Assembly: GCA_044229975.1 (NCBI GenBank)
Contig: JBGARZ010000002.1
Span: forward strand, 416,001 to 480,000
Origin: Polyangiales bacterium
GTDB taxonomy: Bacteria; Myxococcota_A; Polyangia; Polyangiales; Ga0077539
DNA length: 64,000 nt
Direction: 5' to 3'
Shown here: piece after piece, positions 29,498-43,263 of the stretch
Numbering within the stretch: the first letter of the stretch is position 1
Layout of the letters: every line of letters starts with the position of its first letter
Notes under the pieces: generated by a model
What the model was told of the DNA's origin: nothing
Database searches by the model: none
What the model saw: only the letters and a program-made list of their open reading frames with translations
Program-made: the position numbers and the translations under genes

Positions 29498-31699
29498 CTA
29501 CGGCGCGGCGGTCGACGTCACGCCGAGGAAGTACGCGCCACGGGCGCCCGTGTAGAGGCCGCTCACCAGCACGTTGTAGTCGCCCGGGTCGAGGGTGAGC
29601 TCCAGCGACGACGACAACCCGAGGCCCGGCCCGTCGTCGTTGCACGTCACGCCGGGTAGCGCGGAGCCGGGGCACGCGTCGGCGCGGGTCACCCAGAGCA
29701 CCGTGTCGAAGGACGACCCCTCCATGGAGAAGAGCACCCGCGAGCGCGACGACACCCGGTAGCGAAACACCGCGTCGCCCGCCGTCGAGCCGGTCGCGCA
29801 GGGGAACGTGTACTCGTGCGCCATCGCCGTCGTGTCGCCCGAGTAGAGCCCTCCCCCCGCGGGAATCTCCTGCGCCGTCGAGCAGGTCTCGTTGCCCGTC
29901 ACGGCCATGGGCGCGAGCGAGGGTCGCGTCTCCAGCGTCACCTCGTACGTCGCCGTGCGCGGTCCACGGACGATCGCGTAGTAGGTGCCCGGGTCGAGGC
30001 CACGCTGCGTGTAGCGGGCCGGCGCGCCGTACCGACAACCGCGCTCGGTCGTGCGCTCGCCGCAGGTCGATTGCAGCGCCACATAGAGGTAGTCGCTCGC
30101 CCCGCCGCGGGCGGTGACCGTGACGTCGAGGCGCTCGGTGATCTCGAAGCGGTAGACCACGTCGCGCGATGCGCCCGAGTTGCACGAGATGGGCTGGTCG
30201 CTCTCGAAGACCGAGAGCGCGCCGCGCGCCGCCGTCCCGACCGTGAGCGGGAGCGCCGTGGCGCAGGTGTCTCCCGCGGGCGGGGGCGTCGGGGCGGCGG
30301 TGGTCACCGTGAGCTCGTAGTCGGGTAGCTCGCGCCCCTCGACGGCGAGGTAGTAGGTCCCCGCCGGGAGCTGGTGCGCGGTGATCGACGGAGCCGTGCC
30401 GCTCTCACAGCGCAGCGTCATGGGCGCGCGCGCGCACGAGTCGAGCAGGGACACCGTGACGCTGTCGAAGGTCGGGCCGGTGACGGTCGCGGTGAGGTCG
30501 CGCGGCTCGGTGAGCGTGATGCGGTAGAGCACGTCGGGGGTGGTGCCACCGCAGCGCGTGCTCACGTCGTCGGTGACGCCGATGAGGTCGCCGCGGAACG
30601 TCCCGCCCGCCGGGGGAATCTCCGTGGGCGCGGCGCAGGTGTCGTTGGCCGCGACGGGCGTCGGGTCGCTCAGGGTCACGTCGACGCTGACGTCGGAGGC
30701 CGCGCCGGTGGTCCCGGCGGAGGTGCCGACGACGAAGAAGTACTCGCCCGCCGGGAGGCTGTGCGCGCGCCATGTCGTCGCTGGGTAGGTGTAGATGCAG
30801 GCGCGGGTGTCGCTCGCCGTGGTCGACCCGCACGCGGTCTGCACCATCACGTAGACGGCGAAGCCCGAGCGCGCCTGGGCGGCCACGGTCACGTCGCGCG
30901 GGGCCGTGAGCACGAGGCGCATCACGGCGTCGCGCGCCTGCGTGCCGCCCGCGCAGCGAAACGGGTAGTCGCCCGCGGTGCCCGCCATCGCGAGGGAGAA
31001 GCGCCCTCCCCCGGAGACGTCGAGCGGGTCGTCGCAGGTGTCGTGCGGCGCGCGGGTGCAGCCGCCCGCCTCGCGCATGTCGATCTCGCCGTTGCAGTTG
31101 TTGTCGATGCCGTCGCCGCAGATTTCGGGGAGCGTTCCGCTGACGCGCGGGTCGCGGTCGTTGCAGTCGGCGCCGACCCAGCACAGGCCCGCGTCTTCTT
31201 CGCCCTCGACGCCGCCGTCGGGGCAGCGGTTGGAGCGGCACCCGATGTCGGGGTCGCCGTCGCGGTCGAAGTCGCGCGGGGCGTGCTGGCACTCGTGGGA
31301 CGCCTCGTCGCAGCGGTCGGTGGTGCAGCCGTCGTTGTCGTCACACGCGAGCGGCGCGCCGCGCACACAGCCGCGACGCACGTCGCAGGTCTCCAGGCCG
31401 TTGCAGTACACGCCGTCGTCGCAGGTGCTCGGGTCGGGCACGTGCGCGCACCGGCCGTCGGCCGAGCAGTAGTCCATCGTGCACGGAACGCTGTCGTCGC
31501 ACTGCGCACTGCGGGTGCAGGCGCGACCGTTGGCTGCTTCGACGCCGTCGGCGTCCCGCGTGGGGACGAAGACCTCCGCTTCGGTGGCGTCCATGGGGCT
31601 CACGGTTCCGGCGTCGGAGAAGAGCGGCTGCGGGTCGCCCGAGCAACCGAGCGCTCCGAGGACGGCGAGGCTGGCGAAGAGCGCGTACGGACGAAGCAT
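29498..31699 (-). CDS. Cys-rich surface lipoprotein with metal-binding-type motif and four ~125-aa PPC-like repeats
   Basis: Lipobox ALGC; CDDxxxCTxDxC units; DFDRDGD, DCND...EICGDGIDNNCNG; repeats beginning HDTC, NDTC, GDTC, NETC. Confidence 0.85.
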   Translation of the reverse strand: MLRPYALFASLAVLGALGCSGDPQPLFSDAGTVSPMDATEAEVFVPTRDADGVEAANGRACTRSAQCDDSVPCTMDYCSADGRCAHVPDPSTCDDGVYCNGLETCDVRRGCVRGAPLACDDNDGCTTDRCDEASHECQHAPRDFDRDGDPDIGCRSNRCPDGGVEGEEDAGLCWVGADCNDRDPRVSGTLPEICGDGIDNNCNGEIDMREAGGCTRAPHDTCDDPLDVSGGGRFSLAMAGTAGDYPFRCAGGTQARDAVMRLVLTAPRDVTVAAQARSGFAVYVMVQTACGSTTASDTRACIYTYPATTWRAHSLPAGEYFFVVGTSAGTTGAASDVSVDVTLSDPTPVAANDTCAAPTEIPPAGGTFRGDLIGVTDDVSTRCGGTTPDVLYRITLTEPRDLTATVTGPTFDSVTVSLLDSCARAPMTLRCESGTAPSITAHQLPAGTYYLAVEGRELPDYELTVTTAAPTPPPAGDTCATALPLTVGTAARGALSVFESDQPISCNSGASRDVVYRFEITERLDVTVTARGGASDYLYVALQSTCGERTTERGCRYGAPARYTQRGLDPGTYYAIVRGPRTATYEVTLETRPSLAPMAVTGNETCSTAQEIPAGGGLYSGDTTAMAHEYTFPCATGSTAGDAVFRYRVSSRSRVLFSMEGSSFDTVLWVTRADACPGSALPGVTCNDDGPGLGLSSSLELTLDPGDYNVLVSGLYTGARGAYFLGVTSTAAP

Positions 31700-31734
31700 C
31701 GGAGGGGCTCCTTCGAGGTAGGCGCGCAGTATAG

Positions 31735-32148
<414 letters not shown>

Positions 32149-32176
32149 CCCGACCTCTCCTCGACGAGGCTCCGCC

Positions 32177-33592
<1,416 letters not shown>

Positions 33593-33611
33593 TTCGCGCC
33601 CGCCGAAGCTG

Positions 33612-33641
33612 TTGACCCCGCTTCCCGCCGCATTCTAGGCT
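33612..33641 (+). promoter_or_regulatory. Candidate sigma70-type promoter for psd
   Basis: TTGACC-N18-TAGGCT, about 40 bp upstream of the start. Confidence 0.4.
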
Positions 33642-33679
33642 CCCCCGACGCGTCAACGACGCCACGAGCCTGCACCTTG

Positions 33680-34555
33680 ATGCTCCCCCTTCGTTCGCGC
33701 GCCGCCGCTCAGCTCATGCACCTCCTTCCGCGGGGTCGCATCACGCGGGCCCTCGGTCACTTTACCGAGGCGCGTATTCCGCGGCCGGTGCTCGACCCGG
33801 TGCTCGCGATCTACTCGCGCGCCTACAACGTCGCCCTCGACGAGGCCGTCGTGCCCGACGGCGGGTTTCGCAGCTTCAACGAGTTCTTCACGCGGCAGCT
33901 CCGCGCGGGCATCCACGAGGTCGACACCGACCCCGACGTGGTGGTCTCCCCCGCCGACGGTCGCCTCGACGACAGCGGCCCCATCGATGCCGGTCGGCGC
34001 TTCACCGTGAAGGGCCAGGGGTACGACGCCGCCACGCTGCTCGATGACGCCGTCGCCGCGCGCGCCTACGAGGGCGGGCACTACTTCATCGTCTACCTCT
34101 CGCCGCGCGACTACCACCGCGTGCACAGCCCGGTCGCGGGGCGCGTGACCTCGGTGCGGCACATCCCGGGCGACCTCTTCCCGGTCAACGCGATGGGCGT
34201 GCGCACGGTGCCGGGCCTCTTCGCGCGCAACGAGCGCGTGGTGGTGCACGTCGACACCGACCTCGGCCCGGCGGCGGTGGTCTTCGTCGGCGCGTTTGTC
34301 GTCGGCAAGATCACGCTCACCATCGACGGCCCCGACCGCCCCGACCTCGGAGGCGTCGCGGCGCAGAAGGACTTTGCCGCGGGCGCGGGGCCCGTCATCG
34401 GCAAGGGCGAAGAGCTCGGGGCCTTTCAGCTCGGGTCGACGGTGGTGGTGCTGCTCGGTCCCGCGGCGCGCGGATCATGGGCGACAGCGCGGGGTGCAGA
34501 CCCGGCGCCGGTGCGGGTCGGTGACGCCGTGGCGCGGGCGACGGTTGCGGGATGA
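33680..34555 (+). CDS. psd: Phosphatidylserine decarboxylase proenzyme
   Basis: FNEFFTRQL, SPADG, YLSPRDYHRVH, LFARNER, FQLGST self-cleavage motif. Confidence 0.95.
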   Translation: MLPLRSRAAAQLMHLLPRGRITRALGHFTEARIPRPVLDPVLAIYSRAYNVALDEAVVPDGGFRSFNEFFTRQLRAGIHEVDTDPDVVVSPADGRLDDSGPIDAGRRFTVKGQGYDAATLLDDAVAARAYEGGHYFIVYLSPRDYHRVHSPVAGRVTSVRHIPGDLFPVNAMGVRTVPGLFARNERVVVHVDTDLGPAAVVFVGAFVVGKITLTIDGPDRPDLGGVAAQKDFAAGAGPVIGKGEELGAFQLGSTVVVLLGPAARGSWATARGADPAPVRVGDAVARATVAG

Positions 34556-34564
34556 GGGTTCTTC

Positions 34565-36223
34565 ATGAGTGACCGCAGCGTCGATCCGCCGGGCGCCTCC
34601 GAGGCCGACTCCGCCGACGGCGAACGACGCCTGCGCAAGAGCCGCCGGGGTCTCCGCCTCACCGGCTCGCACAACGTGCCCACGCTCGTGCCCACCGCCG
34701 ACCTCGACCTGCCCGACCTCGACAACGAGTCCTTCACCTCCGAGCCGCCCTCCGACCACGGTGACGTGGAGATCACGGCGAGCGATGAGGTCGAGGTGTC
34801 CTTCTCGGAGTCCGAAGCGCCGCCTGCTCCGCCGCCCGAGCCCGTCGCGCAGCTCGAGTCGAGCATGCGCGTGGTGCGCCGCCGCATTCGCAAGGTGGGC
34901 TCCGACTCGCCGCCCAGCGACGACCCGGTGCTCACCATCGAGGTGGGCCACACCGAGCCGCCCGACGCGCCCGCTGCTGACGTCGTGGTCCCAGCGCGTC
35001 CCAGCCGCCCACCGCCACCGCGCGCGCCCGCCCGCCCCGCGATGATCGGCTCCAACGCGCCGTCGATCTTCACGGCGCCCACCATTCCGCCGATGCCCGA
35101 TCCGGCCCCGGCCTACTTCACATCGAGCGCGCGCGCCGCCGAGGCGCCGCTGACGCCCGAGCCGCTGCCCGAGGTCGAGCTGGTGCTTGCCACGCCCACC
35201 GACATGGACGTGATGGAGATGCGCCCGAGCGACCCCTCGCTCGCCCTGCTCGACGAGCTCGCGGGCCTCCCGGTCGGCGCCGACGCGCGACCGCCGCCGG
35301 TGTCGCCGAGCCGCATCCCGCCGCCGCCGCCAGAGCCTCCGAAGGGCATGCGCTCCGTGGCCCCACCGCCGCCGCCCGCTTCGTCGCGCCCGCTCGCGGT
35401 GACCGTCCCCGACCAGCACCGCCGCCGTCGCCGCCACTGGTGGGAAGAACTCTTCAACGACGACTACCTCCGCACCGTCATCCCCCTCGACGTGCCGCAG
35501 ATCGCCGCCGAGACCGACTGGATCGAGCACGCCCTCGGCGTCGAGGCGGGCGCCGCCGTGCTCGACGTCGCGTGCGGCGTCGGGCGCCACGCCTGCGAGC
35601 TGGCGTTGCGCGGTTACGACGTGACCGGCGTCGACCTGTCGCCCACCATGGTGCAGCACGCGCAGGCGCTCGCGAAGGGGTGCGCGCAGCCGCCGTCGTT
35701 CACGCAGGCCGACATGATGGCCCTCGACTACGACGAGTCCTTCGACGCGGCGTACTGCGTGGGGTCGTCGTTCGGGTTCTTCGACGACCAGCGCAACGCC
35801 GACGTCGCGACCCGCATCCACCGCGCCCTCAAGGACAACGGAACCTTCCTCCTCCAGGTCATCAACCGCGACCACGCCATTCAGTCGCAGCCCGCCATGG
35901 CGTGGTTCGAGGGCGACGGCTGCGTCTGCATGGAGGAGAGCTCGGTCAACTACATCACGTCGCGGCTCAACGTGAAGCGCACCGTGATCTTCGACGACGG
36001 CCGCCAGCGCGAGATCGAGTTCTCGGTGCGGCTGTACTCGCTGCACGAGCTCGGTCAGCTCCTGCACCAGTCGGGCTTTCGCATCCTCGAGGTGAGCGGC
36101 CACGTCCGGACGCCGGGCGCGTTCTTCGGCCCCTCGTCCCGCGAGCTCATCATCCTCGCGCAGAAGCGCGGCGCCGAAGTGGTCGAGCTCTCCGACCACG
36201 ACCATCACCACCACGACGACTGA
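34565..36223 (+). CDS. Class I SAM-dependent methyltransferase with long acidic/Pro-rich N-terminal extension
   Basis: VLDVACGVGRH, VTGVDLS, ADM, FDAAY, SSFGFF; His-rich C-terminus. Confidence 0.88.
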   Translation: MSDRSVDPPGASEADSADGERRLRKSRRGLRLTGSHNVPTLVPTADLDLPDLDNESFTSEPPSDHGDVEITASDEVEVSFSESEAPPAPPPEPVAQLESSMRVVRRRIRKVGSDSPPSDDPVLTIEVGHTEPPDAPAADVVVPARPSRPPPPRAPARPAMIGSNAPSIFTAPTIPPMPDPAPAYFTSSARAAEAPLTPEPLPEVELVLATPTDMDVMEMRPSDPSLALLDELAGLPVGADARPPPVSPSRIPPPPPEPPKGMRSVAPPPPPASSRPLAVTVPDQHRRRRRHWWEELFNDDYLRTVIPLDVPQIAAETDWIEHALGVEAGAAVLDVACGVGRHACELALRGYDVTGVDLSPTMVQHAQALAKGCAQPPSFTQADMMALDYDESFDAAYCVGSSFGFFDDQRNADVATRIHRALKDNGTFLLQVINRDHAIQSQPAMAWFEGDGCVCMEESSVNYITSRLNVKRTVIFDDGRQREIEFSVRLYSLHELGQLLHQSGFRILEVSGHVRTPGAFFGPSSRELIILAQKRGAEVVELSDHDHHHHDD

Positions 36224-36248
36224 CCCGCAGGGTCGCGGGCGGTCGGGT

Positions 36249-36812
36249 CTACGGGCCCGTGCGCGTGGCTTCCATCTGGTACGAGACGGTGCACGGCAAG
36301 GCGAGGAGCTGCCCCTCGGCCGCGCCCACGATCGGCGTGCAGTCGCCGCTCGACGTGCCGTAGGCGATGGTCTCCGTCGCGCGAAAGCCCGTGATGGAAG
36401 AGCCTGCGTCGGTGCCCTGCGTGATGCCGCCGTCGAGGGTGTTGGCCGTCGCTGAGACCACACCCTCGATCACGTCGTTGCGACGCAGCACGCACCCCGG
36501 ATACTCGATGCGACGGTCGGCGGCGATGGCGGGGATGTCGTTCTCCAGGGAGAGGCGGAAGGTGCGCTGGTAGACGTCGAAGGTGCCCGACGCCGACGTC
36601 GCACCGGTTGGCGTCCATTGCAGCACGCCGCGGTTGACGGAGAGCGCGACGTTGAACTCCGCGCTCGCGAGCTTCGCCCCGCGCTGTGCGCCGCAGCCGT
36701 TCTGGGTGCGCGTCGCCCGGACACTGAAGACACCCAGGCGCTCTCCCTCCGCGCCGTCGTCACACGCGGACAGAAGCAGCGCAAAGACCACGACGATCGA
36801 GGTGCGAAGCAT
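36249..36812 (-). CDS. Hypothetical lipoprotein (MLRTSIVVVFALLLSAC...)
   Basis: Lipobox LSAC; beta-rich with 4 further Cys; C-terminal part of track ORF 36249..37358. Confidence 0.75.
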   Translation of the reverse strand: MLRTSIVVVFALLLSACDDGAEGERLGVFSVRATRTQNGCGAQRGAKLASAEFNVALSVNRGVLQWTPTGATSASGTFDVYQRTFRLSLENDIPAIAADRRIEYPGCVLRRNDVIEGVVSATANTLDGGITQGTDAGSSITGFRATETIAYGTSSGDCTPIVGAAEGQLLALPCTVSYQMEATRTGP

Positions 36813-36865
36813 CCGAGCGCGGTATCCGAGTCCGCGCCCGGTGGGCAACTTCCTGGCGGGCGGGA

Positions 36866-38761
<1,896 letters not shown>

Positions 38762-38875
38762 GAGCCATCCTCCAGAGTGGGGCTCCGACCCGTCGAGTCG
38801 TCGGTGCGCCGCGCGCGAAGTGTCGCCCGGAGCGCCCGCCCGACTCAAGCGCGAACAACAACCGCGGACGCGGCC

Positions 38876-39727
38876 CTACTCGAGCTCGAAGTTGAGGCGG
38901 AACGTCGTGACGGTGGCAACCGCCCGTCCGTCGCGCGCGCGCGGGGTGCTGGCGCGGCAGCCGTTCATGACGGCGCGCTCGGCGGCCCTCCCCAAGCCGA
39001 AGCCCGGGTCTTCCATGGACTGCGCGCGGGTGATGTGTCCTTCGGCGTCGACGCTCACGCGCACCTGCACGCGCATGCCCGTAAGCCCACGCTCCTGGGC
39101 CTCCTCAGGGAAGAAGTTGCGCAGCGAGTCCTCGTCGCACTCGATGCGCGGCCGCTCGCTCAGGTCGACGTCGCGCACCGTGGTGGGAGGCGCGGGCTGG
39201 GTGCCGGTTCCGCCGGGTGTTCCGTTGGGGTCGGCGTTGCGGACGGGGCCCTGGTTGGCCACGCCGTTGTTGGCGATGTCGCCGCCGCGGAAGTTGGTGT
39301 TGTTGCCCGTCGCGACCGTGTCCGCCGACGGATCGTTGGACTGCTCGTCGGCGACCATCAGCGGCGGCGGCGCCGTGGGCGCTGGCGGCGGTGGAGGCGG
39401 CGGCGGTGTGTCGTTGCGCGGCGGCGGCGCAACCGCTCGCGCGACCGGAGGCGGTGGCGGTTCGGCCGCGGGAGGTGGCGGCGGTGGCTCGGGCGGCGGA
39501 GGAGGCGGCTCGGGTGGAGGCGGCGGAGGCTCTTCGAGCTCGACCTCCGACACGACGACGGCGGGCAGCGCCTCCCGCTTCGCAAAGCGGCTGGAGGCGA
39601 TGAGCAGGACGGCGAGCAGCGCGTGGAGAAACACCGCCCCCACCATCGACGTCACGGGCCGCGACCCCGTGTCGACGACGGAGCGCGGCCGCTCGACCGA
39701 GGCGATGGACGCCTCGCTCAAGCTCAC
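38876..39727 (-). CDS. tonB: TonB-family energy transducer
   Basis: TM helix with His (VFLHALL), poly-Pro linker, FPEEAQERGLTG...VSVDAEG...PRARDGRAV C-domain; GTGA overlap with exbD. Confidence 0.88.
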   Translation of the reverse strand: MSLSEASIASVERPRSVVDTGSRPVTSMVGAVFLHALLAVLLIASSRFAKREALPAVVVSEVELEEPPPPPPEPPPPPPEPPPPPPAAEPPPPPVARAVAPPPRNDTPPPPPPPPAPTAPPPLMVADEQSNDPSADTVATGNNTNFRGGDIANNGVANQGPVRNADPNGTPGGTGTQPAPPTTVRDVDLSERPRIECDEDSLRNFFPEEAQERGLTGMRVQVRVSVDAEGHITRAQSMEDPGFGLGRAAERAVMNGCRASTPRARDGRAVATVTTFRLNFELE

Positions 39728-40152
39728 GGAGAGACCTCGGCGGGGCCCTCGGCCAGGGTCTCGATCGCGAACTTCGAGACGCCCGCGCGCCGCACCACGT
39801 CCATGGCGTGAACCACCCGGCCGTGCGGAACGCGCTGATCGGCGGCGATGACCACGCGCACCTCCGCGTTTTCAGCATGGCGGGCGCGGATATAGCCCGC
39901 GAGCTGCTCTTCGTTGAAGGGCCTCGTGTCGGCGAAGAGCGCCCCGCTCGCGTCGATCGACACCCTCACCACGACGCTCACGGCGTTGCTGGTGCTGGCG
40001 CGAGGAAGGTCCACCGGGATGGCCTGCGGCGTCACGATGTACTTCGCCGTCACCATGAAGATGATGAGCAGCACGAGGGCGATGTCGACGAAGGGCGTCA
40101 CGTTGATGCCCGTGATGGAGCCCTCCTCGTCGGACGATGATCCGCCTGCCAT
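39724..40152 (-). CDS. exbD: ExbD/TolR biopolymer transport protein
   Basis: INVTPFVDIALVLLIIFMV, VDLP, IAAD...HGRVVHAMD. Confidence 0.95.
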   Translation of the reverse strand: MAGGSSSDEEGSITGINVTPFVDIALVLLIIFMVTAKYIVTPQAIPVDLPRASTSNAVSVVVRVSIDASGALFADTRPFNEEQLAGYIRARHAENAEVRVVIAADQRVPHGRVVHAMDVVRRAGVSKFAIETLAEGPAEVSP

Positions 40153-40162
40153 CGGGTACGCC

Positions 40163-40954
40163 TCAGTCCTTCTTCTCGGCCGCGGTCTCGGCCTTCGCCT
40201 TGGCCGCTTCGGGCTTCGACGTGTCGACCTTCGCGGCCTGGCGGAACGGCGTGCTGCCCGGCGTCGCCGCGAGGCTCGCGTTGACGACGTGCGCGAGGGT
40301 GTCGGCCGACGCCACGAGACCCTTCACCCGACGCTGGAAGTAGTTGTAGGCCGCGACGGCGGGGATCGCGACGAAGAGGCCGATCGCGGTGGCGACGAGG
40401 GCTTCGGCGAGCGTTCCCATGACGGCGCCGGTGTCGAGCGTGGGCGCTGCGGCCCCTCCGGCCTGGACGGCGCGGCGGGCGGCCGCTGCGGCAGCCGACT
40501 CGTTGGCGCGCAGCTTGTCGAACGCCTGGATGATGCCGATGACCGTGCCGAAGAGGCCCACGAAGGGGGCGTTGTTGCCGACGGTGCCGAGGAAGGCGAG
40601 GTAGCGCTCGAGGTTGAGCTTCACCCGCACCGTCGCGCCCATCATCGCCTCTTCGGCGCTCTTCAAGCCGCTGTCGAATTCCGCGAGGCCCGCGATCGCG
40701 ACGACGGCCGCGGGCGAGGCCGACTTCTCCAGCCGCGCACGAGCGCCCGCGACGTCGCCCTTGCGCAGGAGCGCCCGCACCTCGTCGCCCAGCTTCTCCA
40801 GGTCATCGTCGAGGGAGCGGTAGTAGCGGGCGCGCTCGAGCATCACGGCCACCGAGGCCACCGACAGCGCGATGAGGACCCACATCACCCATTCGGCGCC
40901 GAGCATCGCGAAGGAGGTGAAGAGACGGATGAGAGAGAAGCCACCTGAATGCAT
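40163..40954 (-). CDS. exbB: ExbB/TolQ/MotA proton channel protein
   Basis: LGTVGNNAPFVGLFGTVIGII, AEALVATAIGLFVAIPA. Confidence 0.95.
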   Translation of the reverse strand: MHSGGFSLIRLFTSFAMLGAEWVMWVLIALSVASVAVMLERARYYRSLDDDLEKLGDEVRALLRKGDVAGARARLEKSASPAAVVAIAGLAEFDSGLKSAEEAMMGATVRVKLNLERYLAFLGTVGNNAPFVGLFGTVIGIIQAFDKLRANESAAAAAARRAVQAGGAAAPTLDTGAVMGTLAEALVATAIGLFVAIPAVAAYNYFQRRVKGLVASADTLAHVVNASLAATPGSTPFRQAAKVDTSKPEAAKAKAETAAEKKD

Positions 40955-40972
40955 GCGACACCTGTTGTTGAA

Positions 40973-42094
40973 TCAGCTCACGCCGTCGGGCGTGGGTTGG
41001 GCCTGCTCCGTGGGATGCTCCACGGAGGCCGCGGTTTCACGGGAGGGCGCCGCGGTCGACGACACCCCGAACTCGCGCATCACCACCGTGGCGTAGGCGC
41101 CCGACGGGAGGGTGAAGCGAAACACCAGCGCGTCACCGTCGGCCTCGACGATGAGCTCTTCGGCGAACACCCGGGCGGGTCGGCGTGTTCCCTCGGCCAG
41201 CGGCCCGATGCGGTCGAAGAACGCCCGGTCGAGCGAAGCGCCCGACAGCGTGGCCTCTTCGCGCGCCTCGGCCTCGCCGGTGGGGCGCTCCATCGAGCGA
41301 CCGAACATCGGCCCCGTCGGCGACGCCTCACCCGCGGGGTAGAGGAGCGCGGCGTCGGCGGCCGTGATGAGCCACGGGCGACCGTTGGCCCCGCGCGCCG
41401 CGAGGTCTCCATCGACATGAGCATCGAGCAGCCCGTCGGCGACGCGCCGACCGAGCCAGGTGTTGAAGAGCTCTGACTGGAGCGAGCTCACCAGGAAGCG
41501 CCGCGCGTGCGGGTCGCGGGGCCCCGGGTCTTCGCCCGACAGCCACGCCCGCGCGCGCTCGGCGTTGTCGCCGTCGCGGCCGAAGCGCTGCTCGCCGAAG
41601 TAGTTGGGAACGCCCGCGCTCGCGATGACCGCCGCGATGGAGCGCGCGCGGGCGAGCGCCGCGTCGACGCCGTCGGGGAGGTCGCGCACGCGGAGCTCGA
41701 AGCGGTTGCCGCGGAGGTGACCGGTGCGGAGCTTGTTGCGGTGGCGGGAGACGGACAGCACCCGCAAGCCCGGGATGTCGAGGGCGGCGACGCGCGCGGG
41801 GTCGACCCGCGGGATGCTCACGGTCTGCGTGGTGACCGCGTGGCGGTCTTTCATCCCGGCGTACCCGACGTCGCGCGCCTGGATCTTCAGCGACCGCGCG
41901 ATCTGCGTGATGGCGTAGGTCGTCGTCATGTCGCGCTTCTCGAAGCGCAGGTAGGTGTGCTCGCCCTCGCCGCTCGGCTCGTAGGACGGGACCTCGTCGA
42001 CGCGGAAGTCGTCGTCGACCGCTCGCAGCGAGCCACCGACAGGCGGGAGATCGCCGCAGCGTCGGGGCTGAATCGGGCTGGGGGTCGGCTCCAT
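40973..42094 (-). CDS. truD: tRNA pseudouridine(13) synthase
   Basis: DFRVDE, GEGEH, GYAGMKDRHAVTTQ, GHLRGNRF, PNYFGEQRFG, FTLPSGAYAT. Start uncertain (42094, 42109 or 42133). Confidence 0.95.
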   Translation of the reverse strand: MEPTPSPIQPRRCGDLPPVGGSLRAVDDDFRVDEVPSYEPSGEGEHTYLRFEKRDMTTTYAITQIARSLKIQARDVGYAGMKDRHAVTTQTVSIPRVDPARVAALDIPGLRVLSVSRHRNKLRTGHLRGNRFELRVRDLPDGVDAALARARSIAAVIASAGVPNYFGEQRFGRDGDNAERARAWLSGEDPGPRDPHARRFLVSSLQSELFNTWLGRRVADGLLDAHVDGDLAARGANGRPWLITAADAALLYPAGEASPTGPMFGRSMERPTGEAEAREEATLSGASLDRAFFDRIGPLAEGTRRPARVFAEELIVEADGDALVFRFTLPSGAYATVVMREFGVSSTAAPSRETAASVEHPTEQAQPTPDGVS

Positions 42095-42165
42095 GCGGGC
42101 GCGGAACATACCCGAGACCCGTCGTCGCGCCATCCCCCTCTCACGCCGCGTATGCTCCGCGGACG

Positions 42166-43263
42166 ATGGAGCGCGACGTGACCGGGGAGGCGTTGGATGC
42201 GGCGCTCACACCACTGCTGCGCGAAGCCATCGCCGCGGGCACGACACCCGGCGCGCAGGTCGCGGTGTGCTTCGGCGACCGCGCGCCATGGGACGTCACG
42301 GCTGGTGCGATGGACTACGACGGCGGGTCGTCGGTGGACGCCGACACGCTCTACGACCTCGCGTCGGTGACCAAGCCCTTCACCGCACTGACGGCGCTTC
42401 GCCTTGCCAACGACGGACGCCTCTCGCTCGATGAGCCGCTCGGCGCGCTGTGGCCGGGGCGCTTTCGACCGACCATCGCGTCGCTCACGCTCGACGCGCT
42501 GCTCTCCCATCGCGCGGGTCTTCCGGCGTGGGTCGATGCCCACCGCGCCATCGCGCTCGACGACTGCGGGACGCCGGAGGCGCGGTCGCGGGTGCTCGAC
42601 GTCGTCGACGCGGCGCCCATCGGAGGGGGAGGCGTCGCGCTCTACAGCGACCTTGGATACATCCTCGCGGGAGAGGCGATGGCGCATCGTGAGGGCATCG
42701 CCGTCGACGCGCTGGTGCGACGCGAGGTGATCGAACCGCTCGCGCTCGCGACGGTTCACGCGCGGGGCGTGGGCGAGCGATGGCGCGCTGCCTCGGTGGC
42801 GCCGACGGAGCATTGCCCATGGCGAGGTCGCGTGGTGCGTGGCGAGGTCCACGACGAAAACGCCTATGCCCTGGGCGGCGTCGCGGGACACGCGGGCCTC
42901 TTCGGGACGGCGGTCGACCTCGCGATGGTCGGGCGACGGTGCCTCGCCGCGCTCGACGGTCGCTCGACGTGGATCACCCGGGAGGCGATGGCCGCGATGA
43001 TCGCGCCACGCGACGGGGGCACCCATCGACTCGGATGGGACAGCGTCTCGGCGGGCGCGTCGTCGAGTGGGTCCCACTTCGGACCTCGCTCCTTCGGTCA
43101 CCTCGGCTTCACGGGGACGTCGTTGTGGTGCGACCCCGACCGCGCCGTGACGGTCGCGCTCGTGACCAACCGCGTGCATCCGAGCCGGTCCAACACGGGG
43201 ATTCGCGCGTTGCGTCCCCGCGTGCATGACGCGATCATCCCGCTCCTCCGAGGCATCGAATGA
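42166..43263 (+). CDS. Serine hydrolase of the beta-lactamase/class C family (AmiE-like)
   Basis: DLASVTK (SxxK), LLSHRAG, YSD, GEVHDENAYALGGVAGHAGLF, GHLGFTG. Confidence 0.92.
   Translation: MERDVTGEALDAALTPLLREAIAAGTTPGAQVAVCFGDRAPWDVTAGAMDYDGGSSVDADTLYDLASVTKPFTALTALRLANDGRLSLDEPLGALWPGRFRPTIASLTLDALLSHRAGLPAWVDAHRAIALDDCGTPEARSRVLDVVDAAPIGGGGVALYSDLGYILAGEAMAHREGIAVDALVRREVIEPLALATVHARGVGERWRAASVAPTEHCPWRGRVVRGEVHDENAYALGGVAGHAGLFGTAVDLAMVGRRCLAALDGRSTWITREAMAAMIAPRDGGTHRLGWDSVSAGASSSGSHFGPRSFGHLGFTGTSLWCDPDRAVTVALVTNRVHPSRSNTGIRALRPRVHDAIIPLLRGIE

Noticed and set aside
29498..31699. TraA-like kin-recognition receptor
   Set aside because: Cys-rich, but no recognisable PA14-like domain or MYXO-CTERM tail, and not adjacent to the TraB-like gene.
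42166..43263. Antibiotic-resistance beta-lactamase
   Set aside because: No signal peptide; motifs fit the esterase/amidase branch of the family.
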